From Minisyncoccota bacterium (GTDB lineage Bacteria; Patescibacteriota; Minisyncoccia; Phycocordibacterales; UBA9973): a stretch of 64,000 nucleotides of DNA. Below, one piece after another: positions 1 to 10,434 of this stretch (position 1 is its first letter; each line of letters begins with the position of its first letter). The stretch is from assembly GCA_041650615.1 (NCBI GenBank), contig JBAZKU010000001.1, forward strand, positions 524,854 through 588,853, read 5' to 3'. The notes beneath the pieces were generated by a model. The model saw nothing but the letters and a program-made list of their open reading frames with translations. It had not been told where the DNA came from and did no database searches. A program made the position numbers and the translations under genes.

Positions 1-47
1 GGGTATAATATAAGTATATTTATTAATAAAATTAATGTTTAAAAACC

Positions 48-2408
48 ATGCATACATATAAAAAATTTTTAATAATTTCTATTTTAATAATTGGAACACT
101 GTTTGCATATAATGTTTTAGCGATAGCTCCTACGGTTGATGTTTACGCCGTTCAAACTTCCATTGGCTATGGTGAATCAACAATTGTAGGTTGGAGCGCG
201 ATCAATGCGACAGGGGGGTGTGTCGGTTTTGGGGGTGTATGGCCACCAAATACAGAAGGTCTTTCAGGAAATATGTCAACAGGTTCTTTAACTAGGTCAA
301 AAACTTATACCATTCGTTGCGCTGATGACCTTGGAAATCTTGTTACAGATTCAGTAACGGTCAATGTCGCTCCCGCTCCAAGTTTGATTGTGTCTCTTTC
401 CGCCAGTCCGACTTCCGTGACTTCCGGCAATTCTTCCACTCTCACTTGGTCTTCTGCCGGGTTCACAGATTGTGTTGCCAGCGGGGATTGGTCCGGGGCC
501 AAAACTACTTCTGGCAGTGAATCAACAGGCAATTTAACTTCAGCCAAAACTTATACCATTGGTTGTTATATAGCAGATGCTTGTCTCCCGTCATTAGGAA
601 ATACTTCATTATGGACAGATAATCATCCCCCATCAACTAATTTGGGTATGTCTAGTGTATGGTGTGCAAGCAAAACCAGCAAAACAGCTTGCGATGGAGC
701 AAGAGCAAGTCCCGGTGGGACGGACCCCGTCCAATATGTTTGCGAATGGACGCCTGCATCTGTTTCAGTTTCTAAAACAGCAACGGTTAGCGTTAATACT
801 CCTCCCCCTACTCCTACCGGTTTTGAAATTATCCCAGGTTGCGAAAGAATTGATGTAAAATGGAATGCGTCAGCAGGAGCGACAAGTTATCAACTGTATC
901 GTGATGGAACTATAAGATACAATGGTTCTAATTTAGAATATCCCGATACTAGCGTTGGCACTACGACGCACACTTATTATGTTACTGCTACAAGTTCTTC
1001 CGGTGTTGTTTCTGCTCCATCTATCACTCATGCCACCGCTGCGCGTCCTCTTTCTTCCCCTTTATGTCTTACCCCGTCTTTGAATCTTTTAGCAGACCCG
1101 CTTGTTGTGGCGAAAAATAATCCTGACCAAAGTTCCGAGGTTGCTGCGTATAAAACTAATGTTCAAATGGGGACAGTTAATTTCTCAAAAAATGTTCCGC
1201 CAACTTCTGGTTTGACAGTAAATATTCCTCCTGACCCCTCAACAGAATCAGCAAGTGTGGCAAAGGGGAACCTTACGGTAGGCGCGGGAACTGCCACAGC
1301 AGCAAGGTATCAAATAACAGTAACCGGAACCGGAACTGGAACAAATTATAATTCAGTTTCTGACTCAGTAAGCGTGCCTGTTGACGTGGTGTCCGGGACT
1401 CTAACTGCTACTTCTTGTGTAATTGCCAGTGGCGCATCCACTTGTAATTCAACAATTACTTGGTCTACGCAAAATCCTCAAGGAATTGTAGCAGTCACCA
1501 GCGATACTAATAGTACTGGAGGTTCTGCTCCGAATACTGTCGTAGCTGTTGGAAATCCAGGCAGTCAATCAATTCCCATTTTTTACCCAAGTAGAAAACT
1601 TTATCTTTACAATTACGGCCTTCGTCTTAATCAGGTTGATGTAGCTCCTACTGCTACTTGCGCATCTGGCACTTCTTGGAATGGAACTATTTGTTCGCCA
1701 ATCGCTTCAGCGCCGACTATTACTTCTCCAACTGCCAGCTGTATTTCTACCACCTCTGCCCTCTTAGGAGCAACCATGACTTCAACCGGGGGTTCAAATA
1801 TCACCGCTTACGGAATTTGTTATGTTAAAGACAACCCTTCCATTCTTCCTTCTTTAGGCAATAGCACTTGTCAAACTACTACTGGCTCTTGGAATGCCGG
1901 CTTTACTTTTGCTTACAACATCGGCAGTCTGTCCGCTGGCTCCACTTATTATTTTAGAGGTTATGCCTCCAATAGTGTGGGAACTTCTTATACTCCGCAG
2001 TATTCATATTCATCTTTTAATTGCTCTGCGCCGCCTACTCCTACTGGCCTTACCGCCACCCCGGCAGCTTGCGGAACGGGCAGAATTGATTTGTCTTGGA
2101 CCGCATCATCCGGAGCTGCAAGTTATAAGGTCAAGCAAGATGGCACTATTTTAAGTACTGATTTTACAGCGACATCTACCGCTATTTCCGGTCTTGCCAA
2201 TGGGTCAAGCCATACCTTTAGCGTTGCCGCAAAAGGTTCCTCCGGTGTTGTTTCCGCTTTTTCATCTAATGTCTCGGCTACCGCTCCACCAGCCTGCAGT
2301 GGCGGAACAGTATCAGGAACTCTTACCCCAAGTCCTTATTCTTGCGAGATTCCTGTCGGTTCCAGTGGTTGTTATGTGGATATAAATTGGAATACAATAT
2401 TCCCTTAA
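48..2408 (+). CDS. Secreted/surface Ser-Thr-rich protein with fibronectin-III-like domains; paralog of the next gene
   Basis: N-terminal signal/anchor MHTYKKFLIISILIIGTLFAYNVLA. Two FN3-like segments (PPTPTGFEI...SYQLYRDGT; PPTPTGLTA...SYKVKQDGT). Shares an SGDWSG...KTYTIxC module and a 95-aa SPTA...GICYV..NPS...TYYF.GYA.NSVGTSYT module with ORF 2439-4586. Confidence 0.6.
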   Translation: MHTYKKFLIISILIIGTLFAYNVLAIAPTVDVYAVQTSIGYGESTIVGWSAINATGGCVGFGGVWPPNTEGLSGNMSTGSLTRSKTYTIRCADDLGNLVTDSVTVNVAPAPSLIVSLSASPTSVTSGNSSTLTWSSAGFTDCVASGDWSGAKTTSGSESTGNLTSAKTYTIGCYIADACLPSLGNTSLWTDNHPPSTNLGMSSVWCASKTSKTACDGARASPGGTDPVQYVCEWTPASVSVSKTATVSVNTPPPTPTGFEIIPGCERIDVKWNASAGATSYQLYRDGTIRYNGSNLEYPDTSVGTTTHTYYVTATSSSGVVSAPSITHATAARPLSSPLCLTPSLNLLADPLVVAKNNPDQSSEVAAYKTNVQMGTVNFSKNVPPTSGLTVNIPPDPSTESASVAKGNLTVGAGTATAARYQITVTGTGTGTNYNSVSDSVSVPVDVVSGTLTATSCVIASGASTCNSTITWSTQNPQGIVAVTSDTNSTGGSAPNTVVAVGNPGSQSIPIFYPSRKLYLYNYGLRLNQVDVAPTATCASGTSWNGTICSPIASAPTITSPTASCISTTSALLGATMTSTGGSNITAYGICYVKDNPSILPSLGNSTCQTTTGSWNAGFTFAYNIGSLSAGSTYYFRGYASNSVGTSYTPQYSYSSFNCSAPPTPTGLTATPAACGTGRIDLSWTASSGAASYKVKQDGTILSTDFTATSTAISGLANGSSHTFSVAAKGSSGVVSAFSSNVSATAPPACSGGTVSGTLTPSPYSCEIPVGSSGCYVDINWNTIFP

Positions 2409-2438
2409 AAAATATTATTAAAAATAACCAATAAAAAA

Positions 2439-4586
2439 ATGAAAAATACATATAAAAAATTTTTAATAATATTTGTTCTAATAGTAGGAGTATTGTTCAC
2501 TTATAATGTTGTTTCAGCTCAACCTGTTGCAAGTATTTCAGCCAGTCCGACAACTGTGGTTTCTGGTGGGTCATCTACTATTACCTGGTCATCCACCGGT
2601 ACGACAGGCTGTACCGCAAGCGGTGATTGGTCAGGATATAAATTTTACCAAGGTAGTCAATCAACCGGTGCTTTAACTTCAACAAAAACTTATACAATTC
2701 AGTGTGATGATGTCGGAGTTGATTTTAGCAATATAGCATCAGTAACAGTTACGGTTACCCCCTCAGTTACCCCTCCATCTATCTCTTCTCCAACTGCTTC
2801 CAGTATTACTACTAGTTCTGCCACTTTGGGAGCAAATATAACTTCAAACGGAGGGGCAAGTAGTGTAACCCACGGTTTTTGTTTATCAAACAATCCTAGT
2901 TCAGTCCTAAGCAGTTGTACGACCGATAGCACTCCTGTAAATACCGGTTCCATTACCAAAAATTATACCGGCCTTGCTTCCGGCACCACTTACTATTATG
3001 AAGGTTATGCTAGAAATAGCGCTGGAACTTCCTATACTTCAATGACTTCTTTTACCACAAGTTCATCTACAACTGCTCCTTCTATCTCTTCTCCAACTGC
3101 TACTGCTATTACTGCTACTTCCGCTTTCTTAGGAGCAAATATCACTTCCAATGGAGGAGGAAGTATTTCAGACCACGGTATTTGTTATGTCGCCAATGAT
3201 CCATCCTTTGTTCCTATGTTGGGCAGAAGCAATACTACTTGCTCGCATCTTGGCGCTTTTTCAACTGGCGCTTTTTCATCTTCCTATTCCGGTCTTTCCC
3301 CTAATACCACTTATTACTTCACAGGTTATGCCACCAATAGTGTCGGGACTTCTTACACTACAACTGCTCATTTTACCACTTTAACTAATGCTATAAATGG
3401 TGTCTGTTCGTCTCCGGCTACTCATTACACTTGTACTTCTTCGGGGGCAAGCACCAACAAAGTAAGCGGCGCCACTTCTTGGACCTGGACTTGTCCTGGG
3501 TCTAATGGGGGAACTAATGCATCATGTACAGAAGCTAAAGGCACTTCTGCGGTTACCAGTTCTTACCCTGTTGCCAATACTAATGTTGCCAATGGAAATT
3601 CGGGAGGGCAATCAGTTTTTATCCCATATAGCTCTAGAGCATTTTATCTTTATAATTCTAGTTCTGTTCCTCCCCTTGATGGAATTACTGTGACATCTTA
3701 TTGTGCCAGTGGTAGCCAATGGAATAGCAGTAGTGGTACCTGCGCAGCAACTATTAATGGTAGTTGTTCTCCGACTCATTATAATTGTACCTCTCCAGCC
3801 GCAAGTACTAATGAAGTAAGCGGCGCCACTTCTTGGACTTGGACTTGTCCCGGATCAAATGGAGGAGCGAGCGCTTCTTGTTCGGAAGATAAAACTCTTC
3901 CTGATTTAACGGCGGGAGATATTACTCCAACCATAACTTCTGTGGGAACTGCGCTTATTTTTTCTTCAACCATTTCAAACATAGGCAATGCGTCTACGGG
4001 CACTCCTTTCAGCAACTTCTTTCAAGTGGCAACTGCGGCAAATGGCGGTGGCATAGTCAGCGATCTTGCTCCTAAGTCAATGGCGACCTTAACTTCAAAT
4101 ACATCAAACACTGCCACTTCTCCTTCATATACTTTCACATCCATCGGAACATACTCAGTGAGAGCTTGCGCGGATAAAACTTCATCAGCGGGTGGAGGTA
4201 TTATTGATGAATTAAACGAAGGCAACAACTGTTCTGGCGCTTGGGCAACTATAACAGTGGTAAATGCTGATACTCCGATTGATGGTTCCTGCGCATCAAA
4301 TCATTACTTCTGTTCGTCTCCGGGAGCGGCTATTGATAGAGTAGACGGCGCCTCTTCTTGGACTTGGACTTGTCCCGGGTCTCACGGCGGGAGCGATACA
4401 TCCTGTTCAGAAATAAAGATGCTGGACAACGGTTCTTGCGCAACGACACATTATAATTGTTCCGTAGGTACGAGCGTCAATAATGTGGAAAATTCCACTT
4501 CCTGGACATGGCAATGTAATGGTCTTGTAACGAATGCATCTTGTTCGGAGTCAAAAACCAAGAAGCCCGGATATAAAGAAAATTAA
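2439..4586 (+). CDS. Secreted/surface protein with tandem 95-aa repeats and four Cys-rich modules (paralog of 48-2408)
   Basis: Signal peptide MKNTYKKFLIIFVLIVGVLFTYNVVSA. Tandem repeat about nt 2760-3060 and 3060-3355. Four modules C-x-S-x-THY-x-C...SGATSWTWTCPGSNGG..ASC at about nt 3401, 3759, 4279 and 4428. Confidence 0.6.
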   Translation: MKNTYKKFLIIFVLIVGVLFTYNVVSAQPVASISASPTTVVSGGSSTITWSSTGTTGCTASGDWSGYKFYQGSQSTGALTSTKTYTIQCDDVGVDFSNIASVTVTVTPSVTPPSISSPTASSITTSSATLGANITSNGGASSVTHGFCLSNNPSSVLSSCTTDSTPVNTGSITKNYTGLASGTTYYYEGYARNSAGTSYTSMTSFTTSSSTTAPSISSPTATAITATSAFLGANITSNGGGSISDHGICYVANDPSFVPMLGRSNTTCSHLGAFSTGAFSSSYSGLSPNTTYYFTGYATNSVGTSYTTTAHFTTLTNAINGVCSSPATHYTCTSSGASTNKVSGATSWTWTCPGSNGGTNASCTEAKGTSAVTSSYPVANTNVANGNSGGQSVFIPYSSRAFYLYNSSSVPPLDGITVTSYCASGSQWNSSSGTCAATINGSCSPTHYNCTSPAASTNEVSGATSWTWTCPGSNGGASASCSEDKTLPDLTAGDITPTITSVGTALIFSSTISNIGNASTGTPFSNFFQVATAANGGGIVSDLAPKSMATLTSNTSNTATSPSYTFTSIGTYSVRACADKTSSAGGGIIDELNEGNNCSGAWATITVVNADTPIDGSCASNHYFCSSPGAAIDRVDGASSWTWTCPGSHGGSDTSCSEIKMLDNGSCATTHYNCSVGTSVNNVENSTSWTWQCNGLVTNASCSESKTKKPGYKEN

Positions 4587-4607
4587 CATATTAAAAATAA
4601 TATTTAT

Positions 4608-4637
4608 CAAAAAATCTCCCAATTGGGAGATTTTTTG
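4608..4637 (+). terminator. Rho-independent terminator after the surface-protein gene pair
   Basis: Perfect palindrome ATCTCCCAATTGGGAGAT (4614-4631) followed by a TTTTTTG run. Confidence 0.6.
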
Positions 4638-4644
4638 ATATAAT
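4636..4644 (+). promoter_or_regulatory. Extended -10 box TGaTATAAT, 6 nt upstream of the pilB ATG (leaderless-type promoter)
   Basis: TGATATAAT at 4636-4644; ATG at 4651. Confidence 0.45.
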
Positions 4645-4650
4645 AAACTA

Positions 4651-6402
4651 ATGCAAATCAATAAGGAGCAATTGAAAAAAGTTATTTTAGACTCGGGAAT
4701 TGTTTCGCGTTCCGAACTTGACGAGGCAGTTAAAAAAGCAGAGGCAAAAAAACAAAAACTCGGCGATATTTTGTTGTCGGATGGTAAAATATCTGAAGCT
4801 GATTTAAAACGAATGGAAGCTTTTGTTTTAGAAATACCTTTTGTTAATTTAATTAATAAAAAAATTGATCCTTCCGTTCTTTCTCTTGTTCCGGAACCGA
4901 TTGCCAGAAATCATAACATTATTGCTTATAAAAAAAGCGAGACAGGTTTGGAGGTGGCCATGCTGGATGTTGACGATTTGCCGATAATAGATTTCATCAA
5001 AAAACGGGCGGGCGGAAAAATTCTACCCCGACTTACCGATACCGATTCAATAAAATCGGCGTTGGTGCAGTATAGAAAAAGTTTGCAGGCCGATTTTGAC
5101 AACATTATTCAAAAAGAATCCTTGTCTCTGAAAACCGATAAAGATTCAAAAGAGCTGGAGAAAACGGAAAAAGAACTGAAAGACTTGGCTGAAGATTTAC
5201 CGGTAATTAAAATCGTTGATTCCTTGATTTCTCACGCCATCTTGCAAAATGCTTCCGATGTTCATATTGAACCGGGAGAAAATGAATTGATTGTAAGATA
5301 CAGAATAGACGGTATGTTGCATGATGCTATGATTTTGGATAAAAACACAGCGCCGGGCATTATTACTCGCATAAAAGTGCTGGCCAATTTGAAGCTTGAT
5401 GAAAAAAGATTGCCTCAAGACGGCAGATTTAAAATAGATCAAAATGGAGACAAAGTTTCCTTTCGTGTTTCCACTTTGCCGACTTTTTACGGCGAAAAAG
5501 CGGTAATCAGAATTTTAAAAGAAGGCTCACAGGGTTTTTCTTTGGAAATGCTTGGTTTTCATGGGGAAGGATTGGAAAGGATTCACGATTCCTTAAAGCA
5601 AAAAATTGGAATGATTCTTGCTACCGGACCTACCGGAAGTGGAAAAACGACCACTCTTTACACCATGCTTGAAATTTTAAATAAGCCGGAAGTGAATATT
5701 TCCACCGTAGAGGACCCGATTGAATATCAAATGACCAGAATAAATCAAACTCAAGTAAAACCGGAGATAGGGCTTACTTTCGCAAACGGACTTCGTTCTC
5801 TTCTTCGCCAAGACCCGGATATAGTGATGGTTGGAGAAATTCGCGACGGGGAGACGGCCGGATTGGCTATTAATGCCTCGCTTACCGGGCATCTTGTTTT
5901 GTCTACTATCCACACCAATTCCGCCGCGGGAGCAATTCCAAGATTGATGGATATGGGAGTTTTGCCGTTTCTAATAATTTCAACCGTTAAAACAATTATT
6001 GCCCAGAGGCTGGTGCGAAGACTTACCCCAAGCAAAGAAAAATATTTTTTATCAGCGGATGAACTGAAGAATTTGGCAAAGCTTATTGATTTGGACCGCA
6101 TGCTTTTGATATTAAAAAATGAAAAACTTATAGGACCGGGAGATACGTGGGGAAAAGTTCCTTTTTATAAGCCGGTGGGGAACAGCGAATCGCCGGACGG
6201 GTATTCGGACCGTATTGGAATTCATGAAGTGTTGAAAGTGACGTCTTCCATCAAAGAATTGATTATTCGGGGAAGTTCTCAGGATGAAATAGAAGCGCAG
6301 GCGAAAAAAGAAGGGATGATAACGATTCTGGAAGATGGAGTCTTTCAGTCGGTTTTAGGGAATACGAGCTTAGAAGAAGTGTTTAGAGTGGTTTCCGAGT
6401 AG
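4651..6402 (+). CDS. pilB: Type IV pilus assembly ATPase PilB (GspE family)
   Basis: GspE-N domain at the N-terminus. Walker A GPTGSGKTTTLYTML, Asp box IVMVGEIRD, His box HLVLSTIHTNSAAGAIPRL. Confidence 0.9.
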   Translation: MQINKEQLKKVILDSGIVSRSELDEAVKKAEAKKQKLGDILLSDGKISEADLKRMEAFVLEIPFVNLINKKIDPSVLSLVPEPIARNHNIIAYKKSETGLEVAMLDVDDLPIIDFIKKRAGGKILPRLTDTDSIKSALVQYRKSLQADFDNIIQKESLSLKTDKDSKELEKTEKELKDLAEDLPVIKIVDSLISHAILQNASDVHIEPGENELIVRYRIDGMLHDAMILDKNTAPGIITRIKVLANLKLDEKRLPQDGRFKIDQNGDKVSFRVSTLPTFYGEKAVIRILKEGSQGFSLEMLGFHGEGLERIHDSLKQKIGMILATGPTGSGKTTTLYTMLEILNKPEVNISTVEDPIEYQMTRINQTQVKPEIGLTFANGLRSLLRQDPDIVMVGEIRDGETAGLAINASLTGHLVLSTIHTNSAAGAIPRLMDMGVLPFLIISTVKTIIAQRLVRRLTPSKEKYFLSADELKNLAKLIDLDRMLLILKNEKLIGPGDTWGKVPFYKPVGNSESPDGYSDRIGIHEVLKVTSSIKELIIRGSSQDEIEAQAKKEGMITILEDGVFQSVLGNTSLEEVFRVVSE

Positions 6403-6429
6403 TTTCTTAAAAACAATAAATAAAACATT

Positions 6430-7647
6430 ATGCTTTTTTTATACAAAGCAAAACTAAAGAGCGGAGAAATTATAGAAGGAACGATGGAATCAGCAGACCG
6501 CTTTTCTCTTTCCCGCGAATTGAAATCTCGCGGGAATATTCCTATATCCATAAAAGAGAAAAAAAAGAGTTCTCTTGACCCTTCAAAAATATTCGGGTAT
6601 TTCTTTTCAAGAGTGAAAATTGGAGAACAAATTATTTTTACCAAAAACTTGAGCGGGATGCTTAAAGCCGGACTTTCTCTCTTTAGAGCCTTATCTGTTT
6701 TAAAAAAACAGACAAAAAATGCCGCTCTTGATAAGATTTTAACGTCACTTTCCGATGAAATAAATGCCGGGGGGACGCTTTCTTCCGGAATGGCAAAATT
6801 TCCGGATGTTTTTTCAAAACTTTTTGTTTCAATGACGCGCGCCGGAGAGGAATCCGGCAATCTCTCCGGCGCGCTTTCCGAAATAGGTATGAATTTGGAA
6901 AAAGCGCATTCTTTGACTAAAAAAATAAAAGGAGCACTTGTTTATCCGGGAGTAATTCTTTCCGCTATGATTTTAATAGGTATTTTAATGTTTGCTTTTG
7001 TCGTGCCGACACTGGCTAGCACATTTAAAGAACTTGGAGTGGAATTACCCACTTCAACCAAATTTATAATTGCCTTAGGAAATTTCTTTTCTCAATATTT
7101 AATTTTATCTCTTGTTTTAATAATAGGATCCGTGGTTGGAATAATTTCTTTCTTGCGCGCCTCTTTTATAAAAAAATATGTTGATTTTGTAATTATAAAA
7201 CTCCCTGTTATCGGCGATATGTCCAAGGAATTGAATACTGCTCGTACCGCGCGCACTATGTCTTCTTTATTATTGTCAGGCGTATCTATAATTAGGGCGA
7301 TTGAAATAACAGAAGATGTAGTACAGAATGTCTATTATAAAAAAGTTCTGAATCAGGCAAAAGAAGAAATAGAAAAGGGGGCTCCGTTCTCCAAAGCTTT
7401 TGAAGAGAGTCCGGATCTTTATCCAGTGATGATGACAGAGATGGTTCAGGTGGGGGAAGAGACTGGGAATCTGTCGGATATGTTGCTTCAAGTCGCTTCT
7501 TTTTATGAAGGAGAGGTAGAAAATAAAACAAAAAATCTTTCCACCATTATTGAACCGGTTTTAATGATTATTATCGGCGCCGCCGTCGGTTTCTTCGCCA
7601 TTTCCATGATTACCCCTTTGTACTCGGTGATGGATAATATAGAATAA
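6430..7647 (+). CDS. pilC: Type IV pilus inner-membrane platform protein PilC (GspF family)
   Basis: Two T2SS-F repeats (LKAGLSLFRAL...; IIRAIEITEDVVQN...). Three transmembrane segments, about 400 aa. Sits directly downstream of pilB. Confidence 0.85.
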   Translation: MLFLYKAKLKSGEIIEGTMESADRFSLSRELKSRGNIPISIKEKKKSSLDPSKIFGYFFSRVKIGEQIIFTKNLSGMLKAGLSLFRALSVLKKQTKNAALDKILTSLSDEINAGGTLSSGMAKFPDVFSKLFVSMTRAGEESGNLSGALSEIGMNLEKAHSLTKKIKGALVYPGVILSAMILIGILMFAFVVPTLASTFKELGVELPTSTKFIIALGNFFSQYLILSLVLIIGSVVGIISFLRASFIKKYVDFVIIKLPVIGDMSKELNTARTARTMSSLLLSGVSIIRAIEITEDVVQNVYYKKVLNQAKEEIEKGAPFSKAFEESPDLYPVMMTEMVQVGEETGNLSDMLLQVASFYEGEVENKTKNLSTIIEPVLMIIIGAAVGFFAISMITPLYSVMDNIE

Positions 7648-7722
7648 AACTTGACTTTTTCTTTTAAAAGTGTATTGTTAACAACAAAGACAATCATTGT
7701 TATTTAAAAAAGGAAGGAAATT

Positions 7723-8304
7723 ATGGAAACTGCGCTCTCTCCCATTCTACGGTTGAAAGAACCCTCTTACCAAGGGAAACCATATCATATTATTGCCAAT
7801 AAACTTTTTTCCAAAAAGATGGCAATTATTCTTAAACCAACCGAGAAAAGATTTAATGTTAAAAACGATCTTTCCGAACTTTTGTCAGTGAAAGGGAAAG
7901 ACAGAAAAATTGATCGGATTGATCCTAATTTTATCGACTGGTTTGGAAATGTTACGATTAACGGACGCAAAGAAGAAACTGTGTCATTCTTGTATGAGTT
8001 TTTAAAGGATTTGTCTCATAAAGAGATAATATCGATAAGTAAAGAATATCGAGTATATAAAAAATTCAACATATTCGATGCAGTTTTATTGATCCAAAAG
8101 ATTATTGATATCAACGAAATCTGGATTCCAAACGCGACAAGAATTGCTATCCTTTTGGAAGAACAACACAATAATCTGGAGTGCAAACTGGAAGTATTTT
8201 GTGTTACTGGCGGAAAAATCAGAGTTCGTGTATACGAAACTAATCCCGCTATCAGGTACAGTGTTGGTGGATTTATTGTTTTTGGTAAAAGAGACGAGAT
8301 TTAA
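7723..8304 (+). CDS. Hypothetical protein (193 aa) downstream of pilC
   Basis: Intact ORF with an upstream AGGAAGGA Shine-Dalgarno sequence. No recognisable motif. Confidence 0.4.
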   Translation: METALSPILRLKEPSYQGKPYHIIANKLFSKKMAIILKPTEKRFNVKNDLSELLSVKGKDRKIDRIDPNFIDWFGNVTINGRKEETVSFLYEFLKDLSHKEIISISKEYRVYKKFNIFDAVLLIQKIIDINEIWIPNATRIAILLEEQHNNLECKLEVFCVTGGKIRVRVYETNPAIRYSVGGFIVFGKRDEI

Positions 8305-8344
8305 ATTTGGGCCCTTTGATATTTTTTCTATATCTTGGGGCCTT

Positions 8345-9805
8345 TTAATTTTTCACTTCCTGCCAAGAAAGTATTTGGTAGTTGTCGGAAGTTAAAGGAA
8401 AACTCGGAGGGGGAGCGTAAAGCAGATTGGCATCATAGGCTATGTTTCTGGTAGTGTATCCGGTTCCATCAGTATAAGCAAATCCATATCGGTCGTGAGA
8501 GGCAATCATTCCATAAAGAGAAATAGTAGAACGGTTTTCGTATTCACAACTACTTCCCCCATAATAAAATCTCCCCACATTGTCGTTTTGCGCTATTAGG
8601 GCGGCGTCTATTTTTAAATCATTGTCGCTAATCATCCCAACTTGAATTCCTCCCTGTCCGATTAATCCCAGGGAGTCTGTGCCATTATAGTTGGTATAAA
8701 GAATATCATTATTTACTATGATATTTTTAAATTTTGTTGTATCGGTCGGCACTGGTAAATCAGCGGCAGTAATGGTTAAACGAGCATTATTTATTTGACC
8801 GTCAATTACCAGATGGTCTTCCATAAAAATTATCCCATTTAACGGGAAAGGATAATTGCCTTGGAGAGTTTCTGTGCCAACGCTCCAACTTACGCTAGTT
8901 CCCCAGCAATCTCCCAAATCCGCCCAAGAATTTATTTTATATAAATCAAAAGTATTATTGGTTTTTAAAACTATATGGTATCCGACATATCCACTTCCGG
9001 CAGCATCTCTATAGAATCCATTTTCCGAATCTGCGTCATCTTTTAAAGTTGCCAAATCCGTTGTAAAACCTGAAAAATCGATTGTCGGCTGGCTTATTAA
9101 ACGTCCGGCTTGAAATACATCCGGGCGGGAAGGAATAGAACTCGGATTTGCTTCGGCTGCTTGGTAACTTTCGTCAATCCCGGTTGCCGGAGGAACTCTC
9201 ACGTGGGTATGCACCCCGATTTCATTTTCACCATAATGGTCGGGGTCATTGTAAGTTGTTACTCCGCTGGTAATTATATTATGAGCAAGCCCGTCAAAAC
9301 GAATACCTCCATTTGAATGAATAGGCCCGAAAATTTCTGTGCCTTGTCCAAATCGCATATTGGCATGTCCGGCAAAAGCAAATTTGGCAATTGATGGTTT
9401 TGCCACCCTGCTTTCTATTTTTCGCAAAATTGAAGGGTCTGCTAAAGTGGAACCGGTAGATTTTATTTTAACCAGAGTTGAACCCATTGAAGGGGCGGTA
9501 ATTTCAAGAGAAAATTGTCCGACAGTAGTTCCATTTTTGTCTTTTAAGAGATGTACATAAGGTCCATCCACTTCAGTGCCGTCTTTATAATCTGATGGAG
9601 CATGAGCCAAATGCCAGCGATAATAATCTATCCCAGCTTCAGCTATTTGAAATGATTGTTCTCTGTTAAAAGTTTCCCGTCCGCTTTTTATGGATATGGC
9701 TGCCCAACCCGCAAGCGCGGTAATAATACAAATAGATACTGCGCCGAAAATCACCACGTAAATTAGAAGTATTCCCTTATTCTTTTGAATATTTTTCCTT
9801 TTCAT
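8345..9805 (-). CDS. Membrane-anchored protein with PilX-like N-terminus; last gene of the minor-pilin operon
   Basis: N-terminal transmembrane segment ILLIYVVIFGAVSICIITALAGWAAIS followed by ...FQIAEAGIDYY (resembles PilX_N). Co-oriented with two prepilin genes. Confidence 0.45.
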   Translation of the reverse strand: MKRKNIQKNKGILLIYVVIFGAVSICIITALAGWAAISIKSGRETFNREQSFQIAEAGIDYYRWHLAHAPSDYKDGTEVDGPYVHLLKDKNGTTVGQFSLEITAPSMGSTLVKIKSTGSTLADPSILRKIESRVAKPSIAKFAFAGHANMRFGQGTEIFGPIHSNGGIRFDGLAHNIITSGVTTYNDPDHYGENEIGVHTHVRVPPATGIDESYQAAEANPSSIPSRPDVFQAGRLISQPTIDFSGFTTDLATLKDDADSENGFYRDAAGSGYVGYHIVLKTNNTFDLYKINSWADLGDCWGTSVSWSVGTETLQGNYPFPLNGIIFMEDHLVIDGQINNARLTITAADLPVPTDTTKFKNIIVNNDILYTNYNGTDSLGLIGQGGIQVGMISDNDLKIDAALIAQNDNVGRFYYGGSSCEYENRSTISLYGMIASHDRYGFAYTDGTGYTTRNIAYDANLLYAPPPSFPLTSDNYQILSWQEVKN

Positions 9806-9809
9806 CTCA

Positions 9810-10430
9810 TTATAAATTATCTTTCAGGTTTCTTATTGAAACTTGAGTAGTCATTGTTAAAGGCGAAGGCGGTTTATTAATATCTTTATCCAGAACGACC
9901 GTTATCTTTACTAGACGAACAGCCGGTATGCTGACTGGAGAAGGGAGAGATGAAGTAGTTCCATCATAATTTTCGTCATAATAGTCAAAAATAACGGTGT
10001 TGGTAATGTAAGGAATAAAAGTTGTTATAACTTCATTGGAAGGGTTATAGGAAAGCGGGCTGCCTGTCGGTTTTATTATTCCTTTTTTTATGGAACCATT
10101 ATCAAGAAAATATCTTACTTTCTCTCTCAATCCGTCATTATCTATATCCGAATAAATTGAGAAAGTTGTAGTATTTGCTTGGTCAATAGTATAGGCTCCG
10201 GTGTCGGCAGGCCCTGCTGTGCGTATTTCCGCTGTGATTGTTTTAAAGGCTGTCCTCGTAGCATCAACATCTTCCAGTCCGTTTGAGATAAATGTATTGT
10301 AATTAAAAATATTTTTTACAAAGAGAGTTATTGCCATTAATATCATTATAAAAATAGACATAGCAAAAAGAATTTCAATAAGAGTAAACCCGCATATTAA
10401 CTTTTTTTTGTTTTCTTTATCCATATCCAT
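9810..10430 (-). CDS. Prepilin-type N-terminal cleavage/methylation domain protein (type IV pilin/pseudopilin)
   Basis: Class III signal KKKLICG|FTLIEILFAMSIFIMIL. Confidence 0.8.
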   Translation of the reverse strand: MDMDKENKKKLICGFTLIEILFAMSIFIMILMAITLFVKNIFNYNTFISNGLEDVDATRTAFKTITAEIRTAGPADTGAYTIDQANTTTFSIYSDIDNDGLREKVRYFLDNGSIKKGIIKPTGSPLSYNPSNEVITTFIPYITNTVIFDYYDENYDGTTSSLPSPVSIPAVRLVKITVVLDKDINKPPSPLTMTTQVSIRNLKDNL

Positions 10431-10434
10431 TTTA

